From the sequence record OZ035783.1: a stretch of DNA of 43,594 nucleotides. One strand, given 5' to 3'. Numbering within the stretch: position 1 is the stretch's first letter; each line of letters opens with the position of its first letter. Of the stretch, positions 8,816 to 18,027 are shown in pieces. The notes below the pieces were generated by a model, which was not told the origin of the DNA, searched no databases, and saw nothing but the letters and a program-made list of their open reading frames with translations. The position numbers were made by a program, and so were the translations under genes. This DNA comes from Kagunavirus PDP21P8.

Positions 8816-9430
8816 ATGGCGAAGACTAAAACAGAGATGTTTACCCTTATCGGTGCAAATCTACCCGATAACACCACTGGACTTATTACCCCCGCAGCGT
8901 TGCGCGAGGTGATGACGCAGATGGCGGACTCTCCTATCTATGCCACTCCGGGTGTTAAAGAGGTTGAAGTTCTCCGCGCCGCGTCTACTGTAATACAAGC
9001 GCCCACCGCGGTGGACACAGCATTGCAGTTAACTTTCGGCTCTGCTCAGGGAAGTGCGTCGGACCCTGTAATGATTAATGCCGCAGGGCTTGTTACGTTC
9101 AACACCGCAGGGAACTACGCCGTTCGCATCAAGTTACAGGCCGGGCGCACTGGTGCTAGTGGCACGTCCATACTGTTATCGCGCATTCTCCTTAACGGTG
9201 CTCAGTACGGCTCGCCCGCCGCCACGAAACTGGTCAGCGCCGACGTAACTATTCCGATTGAATCCCGCGTCGTTATTAACCCGACAGCAGGCCAGACGTT
9301 TGCTGTTCAGATTATGCGGGATAGCGCAGGAAGCAACTTCGGTGGCGTATATCCGCAAGCCGCTACCGTGACCGCATGGGGCACAGCGCCATCCGCACTA
9401 CTGGTTATTTCGAGACTGGAGGCCGCGTAA
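8816..9430 (+). CDS. structural protein of unknown function
   Basis: 204 aa ORF, translationally coupled to neighbours. Confidence 0.45.
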   Translation: MAKTKTEMFTLIGANLPDNTTGLITPAALREVMTQMADSPIYATPGVKEVEVLRAASTVIQAPTAVDTALQLTFGSAQGSASDPVMINAAGLVTFNTAGNYAVRIKLQAGRTGASGTSILLSRILLNGAQYGSPAATKLVSADVTIPIESRVVINPTAGQTFAVQIMRDSAGSNFGGVYPQAATVTAWGTAPSALLVISRLEAA

Positions 9431-9789
9431 TGAGCACCGCTTTCAGTAAACGTATGCAAGGCGTGGGCACACGCCTGCTAACCAAATTCGGTAGCACGGT
9501 ATCTCTGATTCGCGCCGGCTCGAAAGTGTGGGATGAAGTTCTCGGCGAGTACGTCTGGTCCGACGATGAAGTGTTGCCGTTGAAAGCTGTTCCGGTTCCG
9601 GTAAACGCGGGCCTGGTGAACGGTACGACGATTCAGGCTGGCGACATGATTGTTAAAGCCGATTACAGCGTCGTTCCTAAGATGGAAGACAAGGTACAAT
9701 TCGGCGGCGAGCAATGGTCGGTTGTGGCTATCGAGAAGAAGATGGTTAACGATGATGTCGTGGCATACTTTATTCAGGTGAGAAAATGA
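9430..9789 (+). CDS. head-tail joining protein (putative)
   Basis: ATG 9430 overlaps upstream stop (TAATG); position only. Confidence 0.4.
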   Translation: MSTAFSKRMQGVGTRLLTKFGSTVSLIRAGSKVWDEVLGEYVWSDDEVLPLKAVPVPVNAGLVNGTTIQAGDMIVKADYSVVPKMEDKVQFGGEQWSVVAIEKKMVNDDVVAYFIQVRK

Positions 9790-10181
9790 GTTTCGCGCTT
9801 GATGTCTCTAAGTTCGTGGAAAAGGCGAAGAAGAACCCCGAGAAGGTGATGCGTCAGGTGTCTATCAAGCTGTTTTCCGCTATTATAAAGGCGACGCCAG
9901 TTGATACCGGTCGCGCGAGAAATAACTGGTTTGCGTCTGGCGGTACTCCGTCACAGGAAACTACCACCTACGGCGCACCGCAAGGAACAGCAACAATCCA
10001 GCGTGTTACTGCGGTTATAAACACCGCTACAGACTGGAGCGAGTTCACACTTACCAATAACCTGCCGTATATACAGCGTCTGGAGTATGGCTGGTCGCAA
10101 CAGGCGCCGCAAGGATTTGTCCGGGTGAATATAACGCGTTTCCAGCAACTCATTAACGAAGAAGCCAACAAGGTGAAATGA
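9786..10181 (+). CDS. tail component, HK97 gp10-like (putative)
   Basis: 131 aa; PVDTGRARNNW resembles the DTG motif of HK97 gp10-family proteins; position. Confidence 0.45.
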   Translation: MSFALDVSKFVEKAKKNPEKVMRQVSIKLFSAIIKATPVDTGRARNNWFASGGTPSQETTTYGAPQGTATIQRVTAVINTATDWSEFTLTNNLPYIQRLEYGWSQQAPQGFVRVNITRFQQLINEEANKVK

Positions 10182-10594
10182 TGGGCTACTTTGAGGACTT
10201 AACAAAAGCGTTCGACGTGCCGCTGGTAGCCTTCGGAACCGCCAACGGCATCAAGGTTGCGCTTGAAAATATCGACGCGCCGACGTCAACAGATACGCCG
10301 TATCTGGCGAGTTACATGTTACTGGCTGATACGGAACAGGCTGACTTATTCTTCACCGAGCAACGCTCTGGTATTTATCAGGTCGACATTAACTACGCAT
10401 CGGTGAAAGGTAGCGCGCCAATCAATAAAATGGCAGACTTACTTAACACGGCGTTTAAAGCAGGTAAGTCATTTTCGCGTAACGACATCTGCGCCGAGGT
10501 TCAATCGGTTAGCCTGGGGCCGCTGATTGTAGAAAACGGATGGGCCAAACGGCCATTGTCAATTAACTTTATTGCATTCACCAAGAGGCTGTGA
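10178..10594 (+). CDS. tail terminator/completion protein (putative)
   Basis: 138 aa ORF immediately upstream of the major tail gene. Confidence 0.4.
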   Translation: MMGYFEDLTKAFDVPLVAFGTANGIKVALENIDAPTSTDTPYLASYMLLADTEQADLFFTEQRSGIYQVDINYASVKGSAPINKMADLLNTAFKAGKSFSRNDICAEVQSVSLGPLIVENGWAKRPLSINFIAFTKRL

Positions 10595-11766
10595 ATATGG
10601 CTACAACTCCTTTTAAGGGCGCGAATACCGCGCAATTCTACGTGGCGGAAGTGACCCCGGGCGTAACACCGGCAAACCCGGTATGGTCGCCGTTGCGTAA
10701 CACTGGCGGCGTTCCTGCGGTAACCCGCGATGCGCTGACTTCCAACGAGCTGGACGGCAGCCGTGAAACTACATCCATCCGCACCGGCAACAAGCAGGTT
10801 AGCGGAGAATATGCTATCGAGCTTAGCTCCCGTAGCCAGGATGATTTCCTTGCGGGTGCTATGACTTCTACGTGGCAGGATGGGGTAACCTTATCCGCTG
10901 TCGGTATTACGGTAGACCCGGTAGCAAAAACTTTCACACGTGGCACTGGCAGTTTCATTACTGACGGTGTAGAGGTCGGGGACCTTCTGTATTTTGATGC
11001 TTTAACTGGCGATAACTCTAAGCCGTTCATCGTTACTGCCGTAACAGCTACTGTGGTTACTGGCGCAGGCATTCAGCACACCCTTACCGCCGAAGGCCCT
11101 ATTGAGACCGATGGAAAAACTGGCGATAAACTGGAAACAGGTAACGCATGTAAGACGTTCTCCATCCTGACATGGTTCAAAGGGCAGTGCGGGAACCCCG
11201 ACGCGTACATGTTGACCAAAGGCGTGGAAATCTCCGGTTTCACCATTGAACAGGCCGTAAACGCGATGGTGACAGGCAGCTTCCCGTTCATCGGCCTGAG
11301 TCAGGAGATTCTTTCCGCGCCGCCAGCAGGTTCCGACTTCTCTCAGGTCACATTCACTGACGAGCCGTTCTCTTCTGTAGATGTGTCCGTGTTCGACGGT
11401 TCTACCCCGTTGCGTTGCGATACTCTGACCATCACCAACGACAACGGTGCTTCCGCGCAGTTTGAACTTGGCAACAGTAGCGTTGCGTTCGTGGAACGTG
11501 GCCGCGCGGCTAACACCTTCTCCATCTCCGGTAAGCTGTACGACATGGCTATGATTCAGAAGTTTATCAACGAACAGCAGGTAGAGATTAACTCTATTCT
11601 GGCGGGGGTAAACGGAGCTATGTCTTTCAGTCTGAAACGTGCGGAACTTACGGCGGTCACACCAGAAATATCTGGCCCGGAATCAATTACCCAAAGTATA
11701 GAAGGGCAGTCCACAGGCAACCAGTATCAGTCGTCTATCGTAATTCAACGTATTAGTTACGTATAA
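10591..11766 (+). CDS. major tail protein
   Basis: 391 aa ORF followed by a strong terminator; position before chaperone/tape-measure genes. Confidence 0.55.
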   Translation: MNMATTPFKGANTAQFYVAEVTPGVTPANPVWSPLRNTGGVPAVTRDALTSNELDGSRETTSIRTGNKQVSGEYAIELSSRSQDDFLAGAMTSTWQDGVTLSAVGITVDPVAKTFTRGTGSFITDGVEVGDLLYFDALTGDNSKPFIVTAVTATVVTGAGIQHTLTAEGPIETDGKTGDKLETGNACKTFSILTWFKGQCGNPDAYMLTKGVEISGFTIEQAVNAMVTGSFPFIGLSQEILSAPPAGSDFSQVTFTDEPFSSVDVSVFDGSTPLRCDTLTITNDNGASAQFELGNSSVAFVERGRAANTFSISGKLYDMAMIQKFINEQQVEINSILAGVNGAMSFSLKRAELTAVTPEISGPESITQSIEGQSTGNQYQSSIVIQRISYV

Positions 11767-11810
11767 CTTGTGGTATAAGAAGTGTAAAGGATAGCTTTAG
11801 CGGGCGAAAA

Positions 11811-11839
11811 AGAGAGGGGTCGTGCCCTCTCTTTCCTTT
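11811..11839 (+). terminator. rho-independent terminator
   Basis: AGAGAGGG-gtcgtg-CCCTCTCT hairpin then TTCCTTT. Confidence 0.6.
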
Positions 11840-11873
11840 ATCTGATAAATACACGAGCCTGACGAGGTGAATA

Positions 11874-12506
11874 ATGTTTCTGTATGAAGAATTTGAAAAG
11901 ATACCCGCGTCAAAACGGGCGGTATCATACCGTAAAACAATCTGCGGTGTCGGTATCAACGACGCTGATTTTACCGCTAGTATTTTCAACGGCAAAAAGT
12001 CTGTTAATCACCCAGTATATGATATTTGGTATGCGATGATATTCAGGTGCTACCACGGGGTCGCCAAGCACCCAACATACGCAGGTGTGGTAGTGTGCGA
12101 AGACTGGCTATATTTCTCCAACTACTTTAAATGGTATAAAGATAATTACGTAGATTGTTGGCATGTAGACAAGGATTTACTTACAGATGCCAAAGAATAC
12201 TCACCGGAGACATGCATCTTTGTCCCAAGAGTTTTAAACAACTTCCTAACCGACAGCGCAGCGGCCAGAGGAAACCTACCAATAGGCCTTACTTATAGAA
12301 AAACAAACGGCAAGATACGGTGCCGTGTTAACAATCCCATAACCGGGGTACGGGAAAACTTAGGCGATTTTATTGACTTGGACGAAGCCATCAAGGCCAG
12401 AACGTTGCGGAAATTGGAAATAGCAGAAGAACTTAAGCCGCTTATGGATTCCATAGACGGGAGAATATGCCCAAGAGCCGTTTCGGTAATTAATTCACAA
12501 CGATAA
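11874..12506 (+). CDS. AP2-like DNA-binding domain protein, possible homing endonuclease
   Basis: C-terminal GLTYRKTNGKIRCRV...LGDFIDLDEAIKA resembles AP2 domain; gene is visibly AT-richer than flanks; no HNH motif identified. Confidence 0.35.
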   Translation: MFLYEEFEKIPASKRAVSYRKTICGVGINDADFTASIFNGKKSVNHPVYDIWYAMIFRCYHGVAKHPTYAGVVVCEDWLYFSNYFKWYKDNYVDCWHVDKDLLTDAKEYSPETCIFVPRVLNNFLTDSAAARGNLPIGLTYRKTNGKIRCRVNNPITGVRENLGDFIDLDEAIKARTLRKLEIAEELKPLMDSIDGRICPRAVSVINSQR

Positions 12507-12534
12507 GAAAAAGGCCCCTTTCGGGGCCTTTTTC
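12507..12534. terminator. bidirectional rho-independent terminator
   Basis: AAAAA-GGCCCC-tttc-GGGGCC-TTTTT between convergent genes. Confidence 0.6.
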
Positions 12535-12537
12535 TCA

Positions 12538-12765
12538 CTAATCAATGTTACTCCTGTACTCCCGTAACTTTTCAAGACTTTCAATTGCTTCGTTAAGGTC
12601 CGTGTCTGCGTCCTTATGCCCTCTGCCACCCATGCATAACAGTTTCTTTAACGCGTGCTGTAACGCGGGGTCGTGGATAACGAAGGCCCTTAGCACATCA
12701 TAAACATCACATGTAATGGAATCGCCTGCGGTGTTGGTGAGTGTATGGTCATATTTTGAAGTCAT
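12538..12765 (-). CDS. small protein, DUF3310-like (tentative)
   Basis: 75 aa; pattern D-x-YDV...HALKKLL..GGRGHK..DL.EA resembles the DUF3310 phage family from memory; ATGA-coupled to upstream gene. Confidence 0.4.
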   Translation of the reverse strand: MTSKYDHTLTNTAGDSITCDVYDVLRAFVIHDPALQHALKKLLCMGGRGHKDADTDLNEAIESLEKLREYRSNID

Positions 12766-13892
12766 CCCAGCATCTCCGGTGAAATAGTTAAACGTGCGAC
12801 CTCGCCAAATTCGGCGCTATAAGTAATTACATTTGCACTACGGCCCGACATCCAACCTCCGCGGGAGGCGTAGGCGTCTTTAGCCGCTAAGGTGCGGTGT
12901 TGCTCAACAATCATGTTACGGCTTTCTACAATCTTCTGGTGGTGCAGATGGCCTACGTGGGCGTAGCTGTAAACACTCTCGCCGAACGCTTTACGGAACT
13001 TGGCAATCATAACAGGTTCAATAGCGTCGAATCGTGCTTTATGCCCGTGATGGAAGAACAGCGTCGTTTTGCCGTGTTGCACCATCTTGTAAACATCCGG
13101 TGACGTATCGACGAACACACGCGGCTCATTGTCATACAGCGTACTGAACATCTCAGCCAACCAAATCATGCCACTTTCGTCGTGATTCCCTTGCACGATA
13201 AGCAAGCGAACATTTTTATGCTTAACCAGCGCCATATCGACAACACGGCGGACCATGCGAATCATGTAGCGGACAAGTTTCTGGTAACGGGTGTCGGCGT
13301 CAAGGGCGTGACCGCTTGCAGGTGTAACGGCAACCAGACTATCGAAGTGCGCGAAGTCGCCCAGCAGGTTAATAACCCCAGTCCCCGCATCCGGTGCTTT
13401 CTGGAATGCCGCATCGAACCAACGGGAGAACAGGTCTTCTGCAATCTTCATATCCCAGTCGTCGCCACTCTCGTCGGCCCAGGCCAGCATACCGAGATGG
13501 AAATCAGACACAGTGTAAAGGTTGAGTAGCTTGTCGTCCCGTTTGGCGCGAACGGCTTTAACAGGAGCAACGGGGGTAATCTCCGACTTCATGCCCTCGA
13601 TTATGGCTTTCATCAACTCGACCTGACGTTCGGCATCGGTGTCGGTCTTAACCCATTGCAACTTAGTGTTGCCGAACTCATCAACCAGCGACGATGTGCC
13701 TTTAATCTTGTAGCCATCTGGTACAAGGTGGCTAACGTCACGCCCGTGGCCTACACCTTTCTTAGCCAGCTTCGCTTTACGGATACGAATAACTCGGTCT
13801 GAGATGCCGTATTTACGGGCGATGTCTACGTTCTTCATCCCGGCGTTCAATTCTTCCTGTAATTGTTCGTCGGTTATTTTCTTCCGGGCCAT
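12762..13892 (-). CDS. HTH-fused calcineurin-like metallophosphoesterase
   Basis: 376 aa; N-terminal HTH (DIARKYGISDRVIRIRKAK); motifs SDFH, LLGDFAHFD, QGNHDES, HHGH, GHLHH match the D-x-H / GD / GNH[DE] / GHxH metallophosphatase set; SD GAGGAAG. Confidence 0.7.
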   Translation of the reverse strand: MARKKITDEQLQEELNAGMKNVDIARKYGISDRVIRIRKAKLAKKGVGHGRDVSHLVPDGYKIKGTSSLVDEFGNTKLQWVKTDTDAERQVELMKAIIEGMKSEITPVAPVKAVRAKRDDKLLNLYTVSDFHLGMLAWADESGDDWDMKIAEDLFSRWFDAAFQKAPDAGTGVINLLGDFAHFDSLVAVTPASGHALDADTRYQKLVRYMIRMVRRVVDMALVKHKNVRLLIVQGNHDESGMIWLAEMFSTLYDNEPRVFVDTSPDVYKMVQHGKTTLFFHHGHKARFDAIEPVMIAKFRKAFGESVYSYAHVGHLHHQKIVESRNMIVEQHRTLAAKDAYASRGGWMSGRSANVITYSAEFGEVARLTISPEMLG

Positions 13893-13957
13893 GCTTACTT
13901 CCTCGTGTTTAGGATTTGTCCTATTTAACCACAGTGCATTCCTTTAAATAAAGGCGA

Positions 13958-14284
13958 CTATTTACTTTCTGCGCCTATTGCCCACCCAGTCATTACCATT
14001 TGCAGGCGGGTAGCGGTCAGTAGGCTGTAAAACGCGTCTCCGTTTTTCTCTACAGAACGTATTACCGTGTATGTTACGGCTTGCGGAGGCAGGCCCGATT
14101 TACCAACCTCTACGGCTGCCTCACACTCGCGAACGGTAGAGTCCTTAAATGCCTTTACAATAGTAGGGTCGGCTCTATCAAGCACACCAGAAGTCATAAG
14201 AACGGATTCACTAAACACCTGTTCACACGGAGACCCAAAAGTAGCAAAAGACATAAAACCAAGAGCTAACACTAATTTACGCAT
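13958..14284 (-). CDS. secreted protein (signal peptide, no lipobox)
   Basis: 108 aa; N-terminal MRKLVLALGFMSFATFG hydrophobic signal; two Cys; SD GAGGAA; first gene of antisense cassette. Confidence 0.5.
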   Translation of the reverse strand: MRKLVLALGFMSFATFGSPCEQVFSESVLMTSGVLDRADPTIVKAFKDSTVRECEAAVEVGKSGLPPQAVTYTVIRSVEKNGDAFYSLLTATRLQMVMTGWAIGAESK

Positions 14285-14309
14285 AATTATTTCCTCAGTA
14301 AGTTACAGG

Positions 14310-14341
14310 TGAATAGTACCCTATTATATTGGGGTGTGCAA
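14310..14341 (-). promoter_or_regulatory. early-type promoter with AATAG-N4-CTATT operator
   Basis: minus-strand reading TTGCAC-17 nt-TACTAT, nearly identical to promoter at 36243-36274; ends ~26 nt upstream of the ATG at 14284. Confidence 0.5.
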
Positions 14342-14448
14342 GTAGTGTGCTAGAATAAGTTTGCGCCTAGTGTCGCACACGAAAAGCGGGTGGTTCCCGT
14401 CTGGCGCGTCAACCTTAACCTGTAACCTCTTAACCAAAGGACTAAAGA

Positions 14449-14865
14449 ATGAAACTTTCTGATTTTTATTTTGCTGACCGCCATGCTGTAGGCACTAAAA
14501 TGCCTATCCTTCTGCCGAGTGGTAAAGACTCCGGTGAATGGTTGCAGGTCATTGGCCCAGATTGTGATGCTGGCGTTCGTGCGGGCCGCGCCTACACAAC
14601 GGCAATTCGACGCCTTACGGAAGAACTTGCGCCGTTAGATAAAGAGTGTGAGGCACTGAATAATTGGGCACGCTACAACGATGAGAAGGGTTGGCGGGTG
14701 ATGGACCTGAACAAGCAGCTTGCCGTGGAAATTGTCACCGGTTGGTCATTCGACGAACCGTTCAGCAAAGAGGCTCTGGCTAACCTGTTTGACCAATACA
14801 GTGGGCTGGCGGAGGCCGTAGTTAAGCATCACACCGACAGTCGCGAGAAACTCTCGGAAAAGTAA
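14449..14865 (+). CDS. tail assembly chaperone
   Basis: 138 aa ORF immediately upstream of the tape measure gene; followed by overlapping -1 frame ORF. Confidence 0.5.
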   Translation: MKLSDFYFADRHAVGTKMPILLPSGKDSGEWLQVIGPDCDAGVRAGRAYTTAIRRLTEELAPLDKECEALNNWARYNDEKGWRVMDLNKQLAVEIVTGWSFDEPFSKEALANLFDQYSGLAEAVVKHHTDSREKLSEK

Positions 14866-15227
14866 AAGCGCTGTATGAATTTGCGCAATGGTGCTTTGTC
14901 GACCGCCACAAACGTAAGCAATTCGACGACATAGCGGCAGGCCACCAGGCGGCTTTGATTGCAATGGGCGTGATTAAAGAACCGCAGATGAAAGAAGCGA
15001 CGGGGCCTGAATGCCCCGTTTCTCTTATCGACGTGTTCGAGAAATACCGTGCCATTAAATTCCTACAGCGCGAAACAGATGATACTATCGTTATAATCCC
15101 GCGCGATGCGCTCAAATGGCAAGATTTGGTAGCGTTTCGTGATGTCGCCGGTTACGGCATAAGTTTGTTCGAAGCCGAGGTTATCATGGGCTTAGACGGA
15201 ATATTTGAGGGCAGAGAAGATGGCTGA
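14826..15227 (+). CDS. tail assembly chaperone -1 frameshift extension
   Basis: -1 frame is open from 14826 (40 nt overlap with upstream ORF) with no ATG until 14964; candidate slip site G GAA AAG at 14856-14862. Confidence 0.4.
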   Translation, partial: ASHRQSRETLGKVKALYEFAQWCFVDRHKRKQFDDIAAGHQAALIAMGVIKEPQMKEATGPECPVSLIDVFEKYRAIKFLQRETDDTIVIIPRDALKWQDLVAFRDVAGYGISLFEAEVIMGLDGIFEGREDG

Positions 15228-17529
15228 TACGGCTTCCCTAATTGCCAGAGTAAAAACAGAAGGCGCTGATGTAGCCGCTAAACAGCTTGACGCTATGGCG
15301 GCATCCGCAGACCGTGCGGACACATCCGTAAACAAACTAACGCCGGATGTTAATAAAGTAAACTCCGCTACGTCTAAAGCGGCTTCTGACGGTTTCGCTA
15401 AATTCCGTAACGCCGCCGGGCAGGTAGGCTTCCAGGTGCAGGACATGGTCGTCCAGTTGCAGTCCGGCACGTCTGCATTCGTAGCAATCGGGCAACAAGG
15501 CTCTCAGCTTGCGGGTGCTTTCGGCCCTGGTGGCGCGGTGCTTGGGGCCGTAATTGCTCTTGCGTCAGCAATCGGTGGTGTCCTGTATAAATCGTTAACC
15601 GAAGCAGAAGGCAGTTCAAAAGACCTCGAAGCCGCACAGAAACAGCTAAAAGATACTTTCCAGCAAACGGCGTCCGGCTCTCTCGAACTGACAGACGGCC
15701 TTATCCAGCTTACCCAAATCAGCAGAGAAGCGGCGGAGACTCAGCTTGCTTTGGCTAAGGCTAACGCTGACCTTATCGCGCAGCAAACAGCTAAAGCCGT
15801 TCGTGAGGATGCAGAATCATGGGAGACATGGAAAGCATCCACGGCATCGGCTATCAGCCAGTATGACGCGCTGGTCTCTAAGGGCGCGGATGTAGGCGAC
15901 ACGTTAGAAAAACTAGGCGGCACTTACGAGGGTAATATCGTCGGCGTCAACATGCTGGCACAGAATATCGCAGAGCTTAGCAGTAAGTTTGGGGTTAACC
16001 GTGACCAGGCGCTGGAGATGATAGCGGCGCAGAGTGCGTTTAACAAAGAGCCAACCGCCGAGAATGCCCGTCGCATCGCCGATGTGTTTACCGACTGGCT
16101 CGGTAATACAAAACAGTTGAACCCGGAACTTATCCGCCTGACCGACAATGCCAACAAGAACGCCACGGCACTGGAGAACGCGGAGAAGTCCGCAAACGCG
16201 GCGGCGGAGGCCCAAAAGAATCTTGGTCGTAACGTCAACTCAACAACGCAGAGATTCCAGGAACAGAACGAAGCTATCGTCAAAAACCAGCAAATCGCTA
16301 TCTTAAGTGACCGCGAGCGTATCCGTGCGCAAGCTGAACTGGATAAGCAGGCGTTCGCTAAACGTGAAGCTGTCACCAAAGAACAGATCGCCGCGTATAA
16401 TGCTGCGCGTGACACGGAAGCACAACAAGACATCGCTCGCATCGACGCTACCGAAAAAGCGAAGGCCGACCGCGAGGCCAAATCGAACGAGAAACGGCTG
16501 GCGGCACAAGCCAAACGCGAAGAAACGGCGGCTGAACGACAGAAAAAAGCGGCGGAAGATTTCCTGGCTACTGTCGACCGCACAACCGGAGATGAGATTT
16601 CGCGCATTACCGCTGCGGAAGAGCAGAAACTGGCAAAACTGGAAGAGTTTAACAGAGCTGGGACTATAAGCCAGCAGCAATACGAAAACGCCAGGACGCA
16701 GATTATGCTCTCGGCCGAACAGGCCCGCCAGGAAGAACTCGCCAAGCGAGAGAAAGAACGACAGGAGAAGAACCAGAAAGGCGAAGACTTCATGGCTCAG
16801 ATTATGGGCCAAAACGCCGCTGAGCTTGAGCTTCTGGAGATTCAGGAGCAACAAAAACTGGACGTTGCTGACAGGTATCGCGAACAGAATCTGATTAACG
16901 AAGAACAGTACCAGGCCGCGGTTAATGCTATAAATGACCAGTACGCGTTAAAACGTGCTAACGCAACGGGTAACGCTTTTGGCATGATGGCGGATAATAT
17001 TAAATCGTCGCTTGGCGAAGCGTCTACTGCGTACAAAGCTTTCGCTATTGCGCAGGCCACTATTGCCACATACACCTCCGCTATAGAGGCTTATAAATCT
17101 GCATCGGCTATCCCTATTGTTGGATGGGTGCTCGGGCCTGTAGCCGCCGCCGCCGCCGTAGCCGCGGGGCTCGCAAACATTGGCAAAATTCGTTCGGCCC
17201 GTGAGCAGGGCGGTAACTTAGCTGCAGGTCAGTTATCTACTATCGCGGAACGTAACAAGCCAGAAGTTATTATGCCTGCAGGGGCGTCACGCGTCCGTAC
17301 CGCAGAACAGATGCGCCAGATTATGGGCGAGAACGGCAACAAGTCAGGCGGTGACAGCGTTACAATCGTCAACAACACCACCGGACGTGTTGATTCCGCC
17401 GTTACAGAGCGTGACGACGAAGGGCGGTTACGTGTTATCATCAGCGAAACAGTATCGGCGGCGTTACAAGACAGCAACAGTGCAATCTCTAAGTCACGCC
17501 GTGCTACACGAAACCAGCCGGGGTATTAA
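15220..17529 (+). CDS. tape measure protein
   Basis: ~770 aa, Ala/Gln/Glu/Lys-rich coiled-coil repeats, Gly-rich hydrophobic segment near C-terminus; ATG 15220. Confidence 0.8.
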   Translation: MADTASLIARVKTEGADVAAKQLDAMAASADRADTSVNKLTPDVNKVNSATSKAASDGFAKFRNAAGQVGFQVQDMVVQLQSGTSAFVAIGQQGSQLAGAFGPGGAVLGAVIALASAIGGVLYKSLTEAEGSSKDLEAAQKQLKDTFQQTASGSLELTDGLIQLTQISREAAETQLALAKANADLIAQQTAKAVREDAESWETWKASTASAISQYDALVSKGADVGDTLEKLGGTYEGNIVGVNMLAQNIAELSSKFGVNRDQALEMIAAQSAFNKEPTAENARRIADVFTDWLGNTKQLNPELIRLTDNANKNATALENAEKSANAAAEAQKNLGRNVNSTTQRFQEQNEAIVKNQQIAILSDRERIRAQAELDKQAFAKREAVTKEQIAAYNAARDTEAQQDIARIDATEKAKADREAKSNEKRLAAQAKREETAAERQKKAAEDFLATVDRTTGDEISRITAAEEQKLAKLEEFNRAGTISQQQYENARTQIMLSAEQARQEELAKREKERQEKNQKGEDFMAQIMGQNAAELELLEIQEQQKLDVADRYREQNLINEEQYQAAVNAINDQYALKRANATGNAFGMMADNIKSSLGEASTAYKAFAIAQATIATYTSAIEAYKSASAIPIVGWVLGPVAAAAAVAAGLANIGKIRSAREQGGNLAAGQLSTIAERNKPEVIMPAGASRVRTAEQMRQIMGENGNKSGGDSVTIVNNTTGRVDSAVTERDDEGRLRVIISETVSAALQDSNSAISKSRRATRNQPGY

Positions 17530-17532
17530 CCA

Positions 17533-18027
17533 ATGAGTGATTTGAGATTCCCTATGTCCCTTCGACCTATAGTGTCGAAGGGGTACTCCCAAACGCGAGG
17601 AAGTAATATCTGGCGTACAGAAGTTCAGGGCGGTGTGCCTCGTCAGGGGCGTGATACATACTTTGAGCCGGTGCCGATTAGCGTTACCCTGGTTGTGTCG
17701 TCACTAGGCCGCCAGGCTTTCTATAGCTTTCTGAATAACATAGACGGCGGGGCGTCTTCGTTCATCATGCCTCACGATACCGGTTTAGGTATCGAAGACC
17801 ACCAGGTTCTTATTACGTCTGATATTAGCGATAGCACTGACGATGGTAAGAACTGGGTGATTACGTTCACAGCCACCGCGGAGCGGACTGCGATTCAGGA
17901 AGACACATGTCTTACTAAGAATCTACCGGATTTGTTTGGTTGCTACTGCGATTGCTTGGGTGGGTTCCTTAAAGCATACGGAACCGCGCAGTCAACGTTT
18001 CCACGAATTTGGGACCCTATGCAATGA
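17533..18027 (+). CDS. minor tail protein (distal tail, putative)
   Basis: 164 aa ORF directly after tape measure; position based. Confidence 0.45.
   Translation: MSDLRFPMSLRPIVSKGYSQTRGSNIWRTEVQGGVPRQGRDTYFEPVPISVTLVVSSLGRQAFYSFLNNIDGGASSFIMPHDTGLGIEDHQVLITSDISDSTDDGKNWVITFTATAERTAIQEDTCLTKNLPDLFGCYCDCLGGFLKAYGTAQSTFPRIWDPMQ

Noticed and set aside
11874-12506. HNH endonuclease call for the AP2-domain protein
   Set aside because: Only the C-terminal AP2-like domain is recognisable; no H-N-H or GIY-YIG catalytic motif found, so left as possible homing endonuclease.
13958-14284. Lipoprotein (Cor-like) call for the secreted protein
   Set aside because: Residues before the first Cys (F-G-S-P-C) do not fit a lipobox; called a signal-peptide protein only.
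15924-16854. 289-aa and 183-aa minus-strand ORFs inside the tape measure gene
   Set aside because: Antisense to the tape measure gene; Ser/Ala/Leu/Phe-rich low-complexity translation.
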